From Octopus bimaculoides (taxonomy: Eukaryota), in NCBI RefSeq assembly GCF_001194135.2, contig NC_068989.1, positions 3,402,915-3,466,914 on the forward strand: DNA of 64,000 nucleotides, in the 5' to 3' direction. Position numbers and translations under genes: made by a program. The notes below the pieces were generated by a model. It was given only the letters and a program-made list of their open reading frames with translations, did not search any database and was not told the origin of the DNA. Below, piece by piece: positions 38,801 to 52,712 of the stretch (positions are counted from its first letter, which is position 1; each line of letters starts with the position of its first letter).

Positions 38801-40297
38801 AGCTCAATCTGCTGAAAATAGCAACGCTGTCTTAAAATAAGATCGCCTAACTGTTGTAGTGAAATGGTACACCCCTTCCCACATGGCAAAGTGGTATGAC
38901 CCAGCCACTATAAAGTCAGAGGTCAGTCAGTAATGGTAGAGTCGTACGAGTTTCTTAGTTGGAACCAGTATCAGTTACATGTGATATACAAGTTCAAGTT
39001 AATGTCAAGGTAGACGTTTCACAGTCATTGTCGTGTGGAGCTATCAGCAATAGCACGATAGATGAATCAAAGATAATTGACTTGGAATACCGCCACAGCA
39101 TAATAATGGCAATAAGAATATACAGAACTGATGACAACTTACAAGTGGATGAGGATCCACATTATAACAGTAACATGGTCTCAGATTCTAGATTAAGTAC
39201 TGGGGAGCATATGATTAAGTAACTCCTGTTCCTAAGTTTCCCTGTCTTGTGCCAAATGGATCATTTTTAAAATGACATTGTTGGATGTGTATGAGAGGCC
39301 AGATTTGGTCAGTTTGAACATAAAGCAGAATATTTTGGGCCAGATATGGCCATTTTAAACCTTTAGTATTTCAATTAGCCATATCCAACCTAAATATTCT
39401 ACTCATAATTGTTGATCATTGTCATCATCATCATCGTTTAACATCCACTTTCCATGCTGGCATGGGTTGGACGGTTTGACTGAGGACTGGTGAGCCAGAA
39501 GGCTGCACCAGTCTCCAAGCTGATCTGGCAAAGTTTCTACAGCTGGATGCCTTTCCTAACACCAACAACTCCAAGAGTGTAGTGGGTGCTTTTACATGCC
39601 AGTCAGGTGGCACTGGCATTGGCCACACTCAAATGGTGCTTTTTATGTGCTACCTGCATAGGAGCCAGTCCGGTAGCACTGGCAACGACCACACTCAAAT
39701 GGTGCTTTATTTTACATGCCACTGGCACAGGAGCCAGTCAGCGGCCCTGGCAACAATCACACTCAAATGGTGCTTTTAACATTCCACTGGCACAGGTGCC
39801 AATCAGGCAGTACTGATTGACCAGGCTACTAAATGTCATTATACAATGCCACTTCACATCATTTTAGCTTCTGATGCCACTCCTTTGACTTGGCAAAAAG
39901 GCCAACATTCTCATTTACAGCTGAGTAGAGTGGAACAACATGAAATAAAGTGTTTTACTCAAGAACACAACTCACAGCTGGCCTGAGAGTTGAAACTACA
40001 CTCTCACAGTTATGAGTGAGGCACACCAAACCACCATGTGCCTTCACTTATTGTATATATTCAAGTATAATACACAGAGTTTTAAATCCCAAAATTTGGT
40101 GTGTGCACTATACACAGAGACTAAATGTACCTACTTTCCAGTTCAATGTGTTTGGCCATATTTGGGATGGCATAACTGAAACTAGGTTATATCTATGGTC
40201 TATGCTAACAGATGCGTAACAGAGGGCTTGAAATATTTTAAGGAAGGATAGGAAAACATTAGATTTATCAGCCCTAAAATTCACTCCATAATTGCCC

Positions 40298-40395
40298 ATG
40301 GGCATATGGCATAGTGGTTCAGAGTGCAGGCTACTAACCCCAGGATTCCAAGTTCCACTCCAGGCAGTGACCTGAACAGCAACAGCAACAACAAT
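40298..40395 (+). mobile_element. Family A head only (tRNA-like part + (aac)n), no ribozyme body
   Basis: ggcatatggcatagtggttcagagtgcaggctactaaccccaggattccaagttccactccaggcagtgacctgaacagcaac. Confidence 0.75.
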
Positions 40396-42222
40396 TTTGT
40401 GTTTCAAAACCCACCTAATCTAACATCACCTTCTGGCACAGGGTTCTAGACCCCCCCCCCACACACACACTTCCTTCACTGTTCATGTTGATGGTGTTGT
40501 TGATTCCAGGCCAGTCCTAATCAAGCAATAACTCTATGATCAAAGACATTCCTGCCATGACCAACATGTTTCTTGTTGTGTATCCATGATTACATTATCC
40601 ACAACAGTCATCCTCTTTTTAAGGTGATAGTGCATGATTTGAGGAAATTTGGCTGCTATTTCTGACAGGAAGAGTAATCCCATAAAGGCTCCGCATCACC
40701 AGTCAGGGACGACCCACCTCTCCCCCTTCAACATGAAACAAAAATACACAAAATCCTGTTTGTTTGCTTTGTTGACTGCACATTCCTCTCTTACTTCATG
40801 GTTGAATGGTCAAGTTTTTTTTGTTTACAAAAAAAAAATACCTATGTAACTGTAAAATATTTGTGGCTGAATAGTCAAGAGGCTAAATTGTTAGACCATT
40901 ATTGTCACTAAATCAGATCGAATCACAACCTTTCTATTATGTCTGTAGACAAGGAAGGGAATCCAATTTCATTCTCTATGTCTAACCAAGAGCAAAGTGT
41001 CACTCATATTTCAAATTTCGACTCTCTTACTCTTTTACTTGTTTCAGTCATTTGACTGTGGCCATGCTGGAGCACCACCTTTAGTCGAGCAAATCGACCC
41101 CGGGACTTATTCTTTGTAAGCCTAGTACTTATTCTATCGGTCTCTCTTGCCGAACCACTAAGTTACGGGGACCTAAACACACCAGCATCGGTTGTCAAGC
41201 GATGGTGGGGGAACAAACACAGACACAGAAACACACATACATATATATATATATATATACATATATACGACAGGCTTCTTTCAGTTTCCGTCTACCAAAT
41301 CCACTCACAAGGCTTTGGTCGGCCCGAGGCTATAGTAAAAAACACTTGCCCAAGATGCCATGCAGTGGGACTGAACCCGGAACCATGTGGTTGGTAAGCA
41401 AGCTACTTACCACACTGCTTTCACATTATGCAACAAATCTTTTAAGCTTTTACTGTTTTTTTTTGTTTCTCCCAGTTATTGGACAGTATCCATGATGGAT
41501 CACTATCTTCAAGGCTTTTGCACCAATTATATTGCACTCCCCCTACTTTTATCAATTTACTAACGAGAAAAAGGCAAGTTCAACTTATAAAGGAGCAAAA
41601 CAACACCTGACTAAAGTATCACATTATACATGTCTGTGGCACCACTTTTACTATTCCATGTCAACAGACGCGCGCGTGTGTGTGTGTTAGTCATGTGATG
41701 AGCCTCTACATAGTTTCCATCAACGTTTCCACTCAAGTGGGTCAGGTTGATCCAAGGCTATGGTAGAAAACATTTGTTGCCAAAGATATACAGTGGGATG
41801 GAACCTGGGCTGTGTAGTTGCCAAACAAGCTTCTTAACCATACAGCTGTACCTACATCCATCTGTGATTGGAGAAAATGCAGTAAATAAGCAAAGATAAA
41901 GCAACTCCAGCCATGCCCTCCTAACTGAGAACAAATGGATGAAAAAGAAGAAAGGCAATCAGACATAATAACGTCATTTAGAAACATTGAGAGACGTGAA
42001 ATAATTTGTTTTTAATGATGGAACTCGAAGTAGATAAAGCTATAATAAAGTGTAAGTATTGGTCAGTTTTTGGTTTCTTCTATCCAAAGGACTTTTTAAC
42101 CAAATATTTACACTCTATTATTTATAGCATTATCTGCTTCGAGCTCCACAATTAAAAGCAAATTAATTCAGGTAGGTATTTTTTTTTCTCTCTCAGAGAT
42201 TTAGAAGGAAATATATAAATAC

Positions 42223-42366
42223 CTTAGCCACGGATTCATTGTAAGAGCGGCAAGACTTCTGCGAGGGGTACAATAGTTTCCTTAACGGCTTCGGAATCAC
42301 TGTGTGTCGCAGTTTGCGGCGATTGTTCAACCGATGACAGTGCTTACAGAACTTGCAGTGGTTCAT
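42223..42366 (-). CDS. Candidate first coding exon (exon 42396-42223, ATG at 42366): MNHCKFCKHCHRLNNRRKLRHTVIPKPLRKLLYPSQKSCRSYNESVAK
   Basis: Acceptor ttttgatttgaaag|, donor aag|gtattt, in-frame upstream TAA, 48 open codons ending in phase 0, non-repetitive and locally CpG-retaining. Confidence 0.5.
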
Positions 42367-42611
42367 TTGTGCTAGCAGTTAGGGGAGTGGAAGGGTCTTT
42401 CAAATCAAAACATAAATCAAGAAAATAAATGAGAAAAACAACAAAACTAAAAAGAAACTAAAAAAAAAAAAAAAGACTCAGAAATTACTGAAAAACTTTC
42501 ACTGGAGATGGGCAAAGGGTGTAATTATTATCAACATTATCATTATCATCATTATGATTATAATAATTATCATTAACAAATTTTTTTCTTGCTTTCTAAT
42601 AATTTACTTAC

Positions 42612-42702
42612 AGGTAATTCTTTGAATGCTGTAATAACTCGTCTGTTTATAAAGAACATACGACTCTTACATCTGTTTACTCCACGAATTGCGTGTACAG
42701 TT
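42612..42702 (-). other. Upstream exon (5' UTR or alternative first coding exon, ...MFFINRRVITAFKELP, phase 0)
   Basis: Consensus donor cct|gtaagt at 42612; long AG-free pyrimidine tract ~42850-42705 before the first AG. Confidence 0.45.
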
Positions 42703-43618
42703 CTTAATCCAAAAGGCATAATCCGAATGGCACAAAAAATTGCAGAATAAAGAGGGAAGGGAATGTGAGAATAAGGAATGGTTGGAAGGAGCAAGGATTT
42801 TGAAGATATTCCAATAGAAAACGTCACAACAAAGCACAGAAGTGTTTATTACAACTCTCCTTAGATGTTTTGCTTTGTAATCATATGTTGCAGTTGTTAG
42901 GGGCCGTTATTGGGCCTTTCCAAAACTCAATTTCTTGTTTTTCTTTTTTCTTTTCCTTTAGAAGTGAAATGATGTTGCTCTTGGACTTCCAGATGCAGTC
43001 TGCAATTCGTTGACACGTGTTTGTGTGTGATGGCGGTAAATTGGACTTTCGGTTTGTTGCTCTTTAAACTGTAATCTCTAGAGTCGATGAAATTTCCACA
43101 CATACAACAAGAACAACAACAATAATGATTGTAATATTCAGACAGAGACTGAATATTTTGTTTGTTTGAGGTGTTTGTATTTTGTTTATAATAATTTGTG
43201 CGTATCTGTTTGTTTTAGAGAAACAGACAAACAGACAGACAAGGAAAGACAGAGAAAGATTCACAATTTTTTTCTTCCTATTTTATTCTTTTAGAATTTA
43301 ACACTTATATCCAATATATTCTCTCTCTGTATGTACGTATATGCATGAGGTGTGTGTGTGTGTTTCCTATTATACATTTTTTTACTAAGTATTTATTTTC
43401 CAGCTGTAAGTTTTGAAATTATTGTTTCGTTGTTATTTTTAGATAAAATTTTGCTCCAAATGTAAGCATGGTGTGTATGTCTGTATGTCAGAGAGTGCAT
43501 CTATGTATTGATAATAACAAGAACTAAGGATTTTATGTGTGTGTGTAAAATGGTCAAAATTTTAGTTTTCCTTTAGTAAATTTTATTGTTATTAATTGCA
43601 TGCATTAGACTTTACAAA

Positions 43619-43642
43619 AGAGAGAGAGAGAGAGAGAGAGTT

Positions 43643-43705
<63 letters not shown>

Positions 43706-44100
43706 GAGAGAGAGAGAGAGAGAGTGGAGAGAGACAGAAAGAGGGGGTGAGAGAAAACTATTCTGACACAGATATTTCAGTTCCTGTCCTAGACACTTAT
43801 TCCACTTAAGGAACTACTTCTAAAGACACAGATATTAACAATGATATTATTGCTGACGTTGAGGATGATGATGATGATGGTGATGATGAAACAAAAAACT
43901 GTTGATCGGTTTTTCTCTTTCTTTATGTGTGTGTGTGTGTGTTAACAAGAGGGCAAATATGGATTGAAAGGTTAGTGTTAGTTTGGAATAAGTTTGATAG
44001 GGTCAGCAGACATCAATATAAGAGGTGATCAACTCTTAGAAAAGGTGGGAGAAGAGAGAGAGGGAGAAGAGAGAGAGGGAGAGAGAGAGAGAGAGAGAGA
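43619..44100. repeat. (GA)n tracts just upstream of the putative transcription start region
   Basis: Direct (43619-43750, 44050-44100). Confidence 0.9.
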
Positions 44101-46020
44101 AATAAAGTGCTTTTTAAAATGTAGAATATGAACAAAAAATAAAATTAAAAAGAAAAGAATAACTAAAATAAAATTGTCAGATCAGCCTCAACAAGATAGA
44201 AAATAGATAAATAAATTAAGAGGAGACAGCGTATCAGTGATCAGGTCTTAAATATATGATTTAAAAGTGTTTGATATACAGCTATGTATATACTACTGAA
44301 AAGTAACAAAAGGGAACTGGCTAATAGTACATGTGCCTTCTGAATAACCAATATGGCTCTACCATGATGTAAATATACAAATCTAATTTGTTTGTTTTTC
44401 GAAGTTTAAGCTACAGAAAACAAATTAAATTATCAAAGAAAAGTGCAAAATAAGTAAATTTCCTGTATTTTTTTAATGCAAAAATCCTAATATAAAATGT
44501 GAAGATTATAGATAACAAACTTATTCCCAGTACAATAAACCTAATCATATACGTGTGTGTGTGTGTGTAGGTAGAGGAAGAGGCTTAAATTGCTCAGATT
44601 AGCAGTTCAATGAATAATGATACCGATCACATAAGAAAGCCAAGCAGTTTGTTCAGGTCTTAAAACTCACTTCATGTATTTTACGCAGAGAAGCGATGAT
44701 GCATGTGACACATTAAAATGGTAGGTTAGTGAATTTCTAATATAATGAACTTATGCTATGCTTTTTTTCACAGTTTCTGACTAAATATATTATATGTACA
44801 GGTGCAGGCATGGCTGTGTGGTCAAGAAATTCACTTTGCGACCATGTGGTTTTGGGTTCAGTCCCACTACATGACACATCTTGGACAAATGTCTTCTATT
44901 ATAGCCCTAGACCAACCAATAGTTTTGTGAGAAAATTTGGTAGATGGAAACTGTGCAGAAGCTTGTCATATGTGTGTAGGGGATCTAGCTGTAAAAACCA
45001 TGCCAAAACAGAAAATGGAACCTGGTGCTGCCCCTGGCCTTGCCAGCTCCGGTCAAGTCATCCAACCCATGCCAGCATAGAAAACAAATGTTGAAAGATG
45101 ATAATGATGTGTTTGTCTTTGTGTTTATGTTGTTTGTTCCCACCACTGCCTCACAGCCGGTGTTAGTTTGATCCCATCCCTTTAAGTTAGTGTTTCAGCA
45201 AGAGACGCTAATAAAATTAGTATCAGACGAAAAAGGAAAAAACAAAAACTACTGGGGTCGATTTGTTTGACTAAAACCCTTCAGAGTAGTGCCCCAGCAT
45301 GGCCACAATCCAATGACAGAAACAAGTAAAGGATTAGAGATTAAACAGTTTTATAAATATCTTTATATTTCATCCAAGGATAACTAAAAGAGTGCCAAAG
45401 AATGAAACCTGAGTCGTGACTAAAATTTCAGTTTTGAACCAAGTAGAGGAACCAACTAGAATCCAAATATTGTAACATAAACCTCGTTTGAAGTAACGGA
45501 CGTTAGATTAGACAGTTTGGTTTCAAAAACAAATAAATGCATTCAGCCTCAAGGTTATTTAAATTCTGATAAATGCTATTTCTCCTTGTGATAATGATAA
45601 TTTGAGTGAATGAATGGTATGTTAGTTTGGTGACTGCGAAAATTTACATCTAAATGAATAAACAAGTACATCATGAAACAGCAATTTCCACAAATTATTA
45701 TTATTATTATTATTATTATTAATATTACTAGGGCTGTATTTTTTGTTATTATTATTATTACTATGGTTGTTTTTTGTTGTTGTTATTATTATTATTAATA
45801 TTACTATAATTCAAATTCTGCCAAGGTCAACTTAGCCTTTCCTCTTTTCAGGATCAATGAAACAGGTACCAGTTGAGTACTGGGGGGATAATATAATCAA
45901 CTAGCCACCGCCCCCAAAATTTCAGGTTTTGTGCCAATAATAGAAAAGATTATTATTATTATTATTATTATTATTATGGCTGTTTTTTGTTATTACTGCA
46001 ATGGCTGTTTTTGTTGTTGC

Positions 46021-46059
<39 letters not shown>

Positions 46060-46418
46060 TGTTGTTATTATCAAATATTATTACTATTATTATTAGTAGT
46101 AGTAACAAAGTGTTATACACTTCCCCATTATATCCCCTAACTTACCATGGGCAACTAAAGTAGTAGTAGTAGTAGTCTATAGACTCAATTAGAATTGGCC
46201 TCAGGGTAATTATTATATTTTCCCTATCATCGCTTTAACACCAAAGCCAATAAATTTTGTACCAGTAATGTGCTCAGGGTTGCTTCAAAATCAGATTATA
46301 ACTTACAAAGAAAACTTGTTTCCAAGTTCAAAAGAAATAACCATCATCATCAACATCAACATCGTTATCATTATCACAGCATTTTTGTTAAAGGATGAAG
46401 CAGGAGATTAGTGTTTCT

Positions 46419-46432
46419 GTTTCCATGGCAAC
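46419..46432. promoter_or_regulatory. RFX X-box-like palindrome GTTTCCATGGCAAC
   Basis: Matches the GTNRCC/GTTYCC-N0-3-RGYAAC consensus; near-match cttaccatgggcaac at 46141-46155. Confidence 0.3.
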
Positions 46433-46786
46433 TGCTTACATTCTGTGGTGAAACAAACCCAGAAATTAGTAAAAATTGTTAAAAGGAATAAGAAGAAGCA
46501 GAAGAAGAAGAACAACAACAGCAACCACGACAACAGCAACCACGACAACAGCTGTAATTGTATCTGTAGCCCAGTGGATAAAAAAAGTTGCGAACTTCAG
46601 TTTAGAAACGAAGGTACCTGGTTCAAATCCAGTCACACACCATAACAAATAGCCAGGAATAAGGCACCTGATGACGATCAAACTGATTTATTGGACGAAA
46701 ATATTGTAAATATATATTCTGTGAAAATGTGATTAATAGTTCATAAAATAATACACTTATTAACAACAACAACAACAACAATAACA

Positions 46787-46818
<32 letters not shown>

Positions 46819-47087
46819 AGGAAATATGTACAGCAATAAATAAGCAATGCCTAAAGATGCTTCATGCCAATTTGATTGGTAAAGATTTTTCTTCTATGGC
46901 ATTTAAAGAAATACATACGCCCCCACCTACACACGGACAGACAGACAGACAGACAGACAGAAAGTGGGTGGCGGTGTTGATAGTTGTGAAGTTTATAACT
47001 TCTTGAAAGGAACTGCGAGGAAGGATGATGAAATTAAAAGGTATACAAGAGAAATGCTGTCTGTTTTAGAAGAAAATATATACGTGT

Positions 47088-47131
<44 letters not shown>

Positions 47132-47916
47132 CAGACTGCAAATGTAAGTGGTAGCTTCTTTTATCTGATGGTATGGAATTTATTATGAGTATTTATACGA
47201 GTAACCTTAGCAACGACTGCAACAGTTCTAATTACAACAACAACAAGACAAAGTTAAAAATGAAGTACAATAAAATTTACAAGAGTTAACAATTATTATC
47301 ATCATCATTATTATTATTATTAATGATAAATGCTAAAAAATGGTGGTGATAAAAAGGAAGAGGAGGCTGAAGAGGGTTATTCTTCACTCTGTCAGTCACG
47401 AAATAACGTCATCAAAGAATTACTTTGACGTCTACGATGATGACATTTGTTTTATAATACAATAATAATAATAATAATCTTTAACAACAGCTTTACTTGA
47501 TTTATGTAGAAGGTAAATATCCAGAGAAATGAACAGGGTGTGGAAAACTGAAGAAGCCAGTGAAGAAATACCAAGGAATTACTGGTATTATTACAAAGAC
47601 GAAGCTGCAGGAAGAGTCTAGAAAGAGAAAACTGAAAAGAAGAGTTCTACTATAAAGGAATTCGTTTTATTTGGTTTCTTTATGACTCAAGACCCACAGA
47701 GAAACGGTGGTGTAGTAAACCTATCCAACCCAAGGCAAAACAAGGGAGAAGTACACAGAAATAATGGCAATAATGAGTGTGATGATAACTATGATACGGA
47801 TGGCTTATTGGGAATCAATACAAAAAAAATTAAAAAGCAGTGAAACTTAAAAACATCTGATTTAGAGGTTGGCAGTTACTGCATTGAAGTTACTAAAATT
47901 ATATATATATATATAA

Positions 47917-47955
<39 letters not shown>

Positions 47956-49800
47956 GGCACAAAGGGAACTTAGAGTAGCATAGTAACAGAGAGAAGATTT
48001 AGCCAGCAGCAGATATCTGAGTAAACTCTATCTCACGAGTTGAGCACTTTTTCCCTGCTTTGTCAATATAAACATTTACAACTTTTAACTAAATTTAAGT
48101 ACAGACGGATGCATATGGCAAAACATTATATATCTAACTATGCAACTATATACATGTGTATATACATTTGTTTCCAAGCATTTTTAGTTTATGTTAACAA
48201 ATGAGATTAATTTCGGGGGAAACTCAGAAAAACCGCTGTCTTAATCGGTATAGCTGTACAGACTATATGTAGGCATATTTATGTGAATCTATATTTAATT
48301 TCATATTTGTACTCCCTTTACTCCTCGTAATTTTTATCCTCTCTTTCCTTCAAACTTTGTATCGTTTTATTAATTTTTTCCAACGTGTACCACAATTTAT
48401 TAAATTTGTTTTAAAGAATTTAATTTAGTATTTAGAATCTCACTTACCATATGTTCAACCACACACACACACACATATATGTATGTATAGATACACATGC
48501 ACACTACACAAAACGGATTATAATGGACAGAGAAATATGAGAAAATGAATTTTTCAGTTATTTGACATGTTGCTAGCTTTCCTCTTTTTTTTTTCCAGTA
48601 AAGTGGCGGGAAGTGTTGGAATTCTAGTTTAAATAGACAAAAATANNNNNNNNNNCAAAAAAAAAAAAAAAAAAAAAAAAGAGAAGCCACAACAATTACT
48701 AAGGCAATTGAAATAGGAAATAAATGAATATGTATATAGAGAAACAAGTATAATCACAAGAGGTGGGTGGGTGTGTATGAAAGATGAAATAAGAAAAGAA
48801 AGAAAGAGAGAAGAAATCAATGTAAGAGAGAAGACAAAAGTAAACTAGTTCTTTCTTTAGTGAAACTTTGAGATTATTACAAAATTCAGTGGTGACTAAA
48901 ATGCCACCAGAATTCTATTTAATTATTTATACATAATCATACACAGAAACATGTGTTGAAGCATGACATTATACACACACATATATATATATATTAATAT
49001 ATATATATGAAGTCAAGTATAGAGTATTATACACATGCATAAACTTGGGTTTTCTTCCGCCCCTTTTTTACATGCAATAATGTGATATCTTTAAGAAAGG
49101 AATGAAATTAGAACCATAACAACAACAACAACAAAATTATCAAGAACAACAGTGTTAGTAATAACGGTTAATATCTCCAATATTAATACTACTAATACAA
49201 CTAATATAACTACCACTGGTGGTGCTTGCAGAAGGAACTATAATAAAAGTTAACAACAAAGTGTCTCTTTGTGTATATGGATGTGTGTGTGTGAGTGCGT
49301 GTGTGTGTGCGTGCGTGTGAGGGTGTGTGAAAAAAAAAAGAAGTTTAGTCACTCAAACTTTTCTTTCATCCTGTTCCAAGATTCGGTAACTTTTCAGTAA
49401 AAGAACTGATCCAAAAATGCACGAAGATTTTAGATGGAACTTTCTACAGAGACAAAGAACTGCAGTAACCACCACAAAAATAGTAGTAACAGTCTTTAGT
49501 TTTCATGATACAGAACAGAGCGAGAGAGAGCGAGAGCAAGCGAGAGAGAGGGTACATCCAACAGGGTCTATGGGAATGGTAGGATGGTGCCTGGTGCTAA
49601 CAACACTTGCTACTGTTTTTGACACATGAGTTCTGCTTAAATAACTAACTCTTCAGTTTGGAGAAACAAACAAAAGCAGCAACTAAACTACACACGCCTT
49701 GAAACAGGCTTCAATTAATGAATATAACATGCATACACACATGAAATATATATATATATATATATATATATCACACAAACCACACACACGTGTATGTATG

Positions 49801-49867
<67 letters not shown>

Positions 49868-50992
49868 ATATTTGGGGGCGTGTGTGTGTAATTCATATAT
49901 ACATGTGTGGTTATATATGTATGTGTGAGTGTGTATACATATACATACACATTCAAGCATATAAATCAGGTTTTAATATGTGGAATATTATAACTTTATG
50001 CTTCTATCGTGATAAAGGACCATGCTGGAGCACTCTCTTCATACACACATGTATATGAATGTATAGATACTCACATATACAGATGTATACATATCAGTAC
50101 ATATATATATATATATATATATATATCACATATAAACCTGTGTTAAATTAGGGTTAAAGAAATATCATTTTATATATGCACTCGTCAACACCTCTCCAAC
50201 CGGCATCATCAATCATCATAACTGGTATAAGCATCTGAAGGAACGTTCTCTCAGTCACTCAACCGGTTACGAAGTTGCCAAACATTCCTAAGAAATCTTG
50301 CTATTGTCTGAAAATTAAAAAGAATAAAAAGGAAGAACACATTGGATAATGTAGCCCAAGATACATTTTGTCCAAAGGAAAGACGGAACAGTCAGGGCTG
50401 ACCTGGAACTAAACAACAATCTTCATGAGAACCATAACACGTACCACAGCCACTGGCACCACAACGATGACAACTGCTTCTACTAATATTAGTACTAGAA
50501 CTAACAGCATTACCATTATGACAACCACCTATACTACTACTACTACTACTACTACTACTGCTATACGTTGTGTGTATTTGTGTGATTCTAGCTTGGTCAC
50601 TAAGCCTAACTTAGATCCCAGTAGTACCACTACTGCTGCAGTCGTTGCTACTACAGCTACTAATACACTCAATACCCAGACCATCACCACAACCAACACT
50701 ACCAGCCCTCACTAATACGACGACTAGTATCTCCTGTTATTGCTGCTATTAGCTTGGTATCTTTAGTTGTGTGGTTCTTGTTCAATCACCGAATCTTCCA
50801 TCTTGAGCAGTCCCCAAAATCCCAAAGTCCCAAAGATTCAAAAAAAAAAAAGGGGATTTTCAGAAACAGAAAACTTGCAGTATTGTGCTTTGCAGATAAG
50901 TGATGCCTAATTTTAAACAAATGGACTTTAACATACATAGGCAGACACACATACACACACATGCACACACACGCACACATACCTTATGTAAG

Positions 50993-51052
<60 letters not shown>

Positions 51053-51810
51053 TATACACACACACACACACACACATACATACACACATATGCATATATG
51101 TATGTGAACTATGCAGTACATATATAAACAGAGCTAATTTAGCTGTGTGTGTGTGTGTGTGTGTAAATGTATGTATGACAACAGTTATAAATTCTACATA
51201 TAGCTACTACTAGAGTACAGTTCATAGTAGACAATGGCATGGACTGTCTATTAATAACTTCTGCTTACTTTAACACTGCATACATTATTGTTGTAATTGT
51301 TGTCGTCGAGACTGTTTCTGCTATTGTTGTTACTCATGCTTTTGTGGTAGGCCTTGTCAATGATAACTTTTTTGTGTGTGTGTGTGGGAGGGACTATTTC
51401 ACCATGTCAACTATGACACTTAAAAATCTCTCACCCATTTCATCTTTTCCCATTTTAAAATCTGACAATGAAATTTTATGTGTAGATGTATTAATCAGGA
51501 AGGAACCACAAGACTTTGCTATTGACAAAAACATAGACAATTAGATAGACAGAGTGTGTGTGTGTGTGTGTGTGCTAAAACGAGATGTTTTGCCTTCTGT
51601 CAAAAACGAGAAGCTCTCACCCTCATTGATTACAAATGGTGTATAATGCGTCTCATAGATAAGCACATTTAAACAATATTGTAAAGTGTGGCCTTATTTA
51701 TGAAACCTATCATCAGTCTGGTTAATTATCTACAAATATGAGTGTGTGTGTGTGTGGCATTTTCTTCAGGTTCATTCTGAACAATATTTGAATGAAGTAT
51801 GGGTCTAGTG

Positions 51811-51974
51811 CACTAGTGTAGCTAGTAGCTAGAGTGTGTGCTGCACAGGGCAGCCCTTCCGTTTTGCAGCCCACTGAACCCCACATATTGCCTGCAGCAA
51901 TAGCCTACAACAGGACGAAAAGTGTCACCTGGGGTGGACTGCTCCTACTCCCCCCCTCCCCAGCTACACTAGTG
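51811..51974. mobile_element. Small MITE with 13-bp TIRs
   Basis: cactagtgtagct (51811-23) / agctacactagtg (51962-74); superfamily unresolved, no TSD seen. Confidence 0.6.
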
Positions 51975-52019
51975 GTCAGCTGATGAGAATGGAATCACAA
52001 GATCAGATGGTATTCCTCC

Positions 52020-52712
52020 ATGATGCCCGATGTGGTAAGAAGGTAAGAAGGGGTTGAAGACTAGAACGGACATATGGAAAGAGGGATTACACGAACAATT
52101 GGTAAATATTCTTTCTGGTATGATCCTGCCTTTAGCAAACGGTTAAGAGCAACGAGAATAACATCAACAGAAATGAGCCAATGAGGGATCCTAGCCTCTA
52201 ACTCAGTGCCGAATGTGACTCTGGAGTCCAAGTCGGTGGTGAAAGAGCCGTGGGCAGAATTTGCACAGGATGGTCGGTGTGGGTCGAGGATGTTGAAGAT
52301 GCTCATTTCTTCTCCCGCATTTTACCTCCTCATTCTGTTGTCTGATCTGCTCAAAGGAGCTGGTTCCATTGCGCATAGCAGTCCTCCAAGCTGTTCTATC
52401 CATGGCAATCTGTTCTCATGAGGATGGCTGGATGTTAGTTTGAGCCAGAGTCCGTTTGAATGGAATTTCGAGCCTCCTCTTGGTCTTGTTCCGATTGCAA
52501 GTTCTTCATAGAGCATGAACCTTGGGAGATGAGAGGGCTGCACACACTGGACGTGACCTGCCAAGTGGAGACAATGGCGAAGAATGGTGGCTTCAACGCT
52601 TGGTAGTGAGGTGTGGCAAAGAATCTCATTGTTGGTAATGTGATCTTCCCTTTGAATATTGAGGATCTTTCGTGGCTTGGATTGCTGGAAGCATTCAAGG
52701 CACTTGATGTCA
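52020..52712 (-). mobile_element. RTE-BovB-like LINE 3' fragment; possible related 5' UTR piece ~52790-52990
   Basis: LECFQQSKPRKILNIQREDHITNNEIL..LPSVEATILRHCLHLAGHV..LPRFMLYEELAIGTRPRGG and C-terminal C2H2 finger CKFCPRLFHHRLGLQSHIRH. Confidence 0.85.

Noticed and set aside
39011-39055. Minus-strand ctgatag...gaaacgtc motif; also partial ctga(t/a)ga hits at ~16766, 22985, 32579, 47366, 51708
   Set aside because: The core is broken, or GAAA and the stems are absent
38959-39222. 87-aa non-repetitive ORF
   Set aside because: TTG start, no splice context, no recognisable motif
39590-39815. CRISPR-like regular repeats
   Set aside because: Degenerate tandem units without unique spacers, inside a eukaryotic SINE
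1368-39815. Strand bias of S1 copies (about 10 minus vs 5 plus)
   Set aside because: The sample is too small to differ from chance
46668-46710. HHR-like ctgatga...gacgaaa
   Set aside because: Mismatched stem II, no valid helix III/NUH, no stem I; at most a decayed relic
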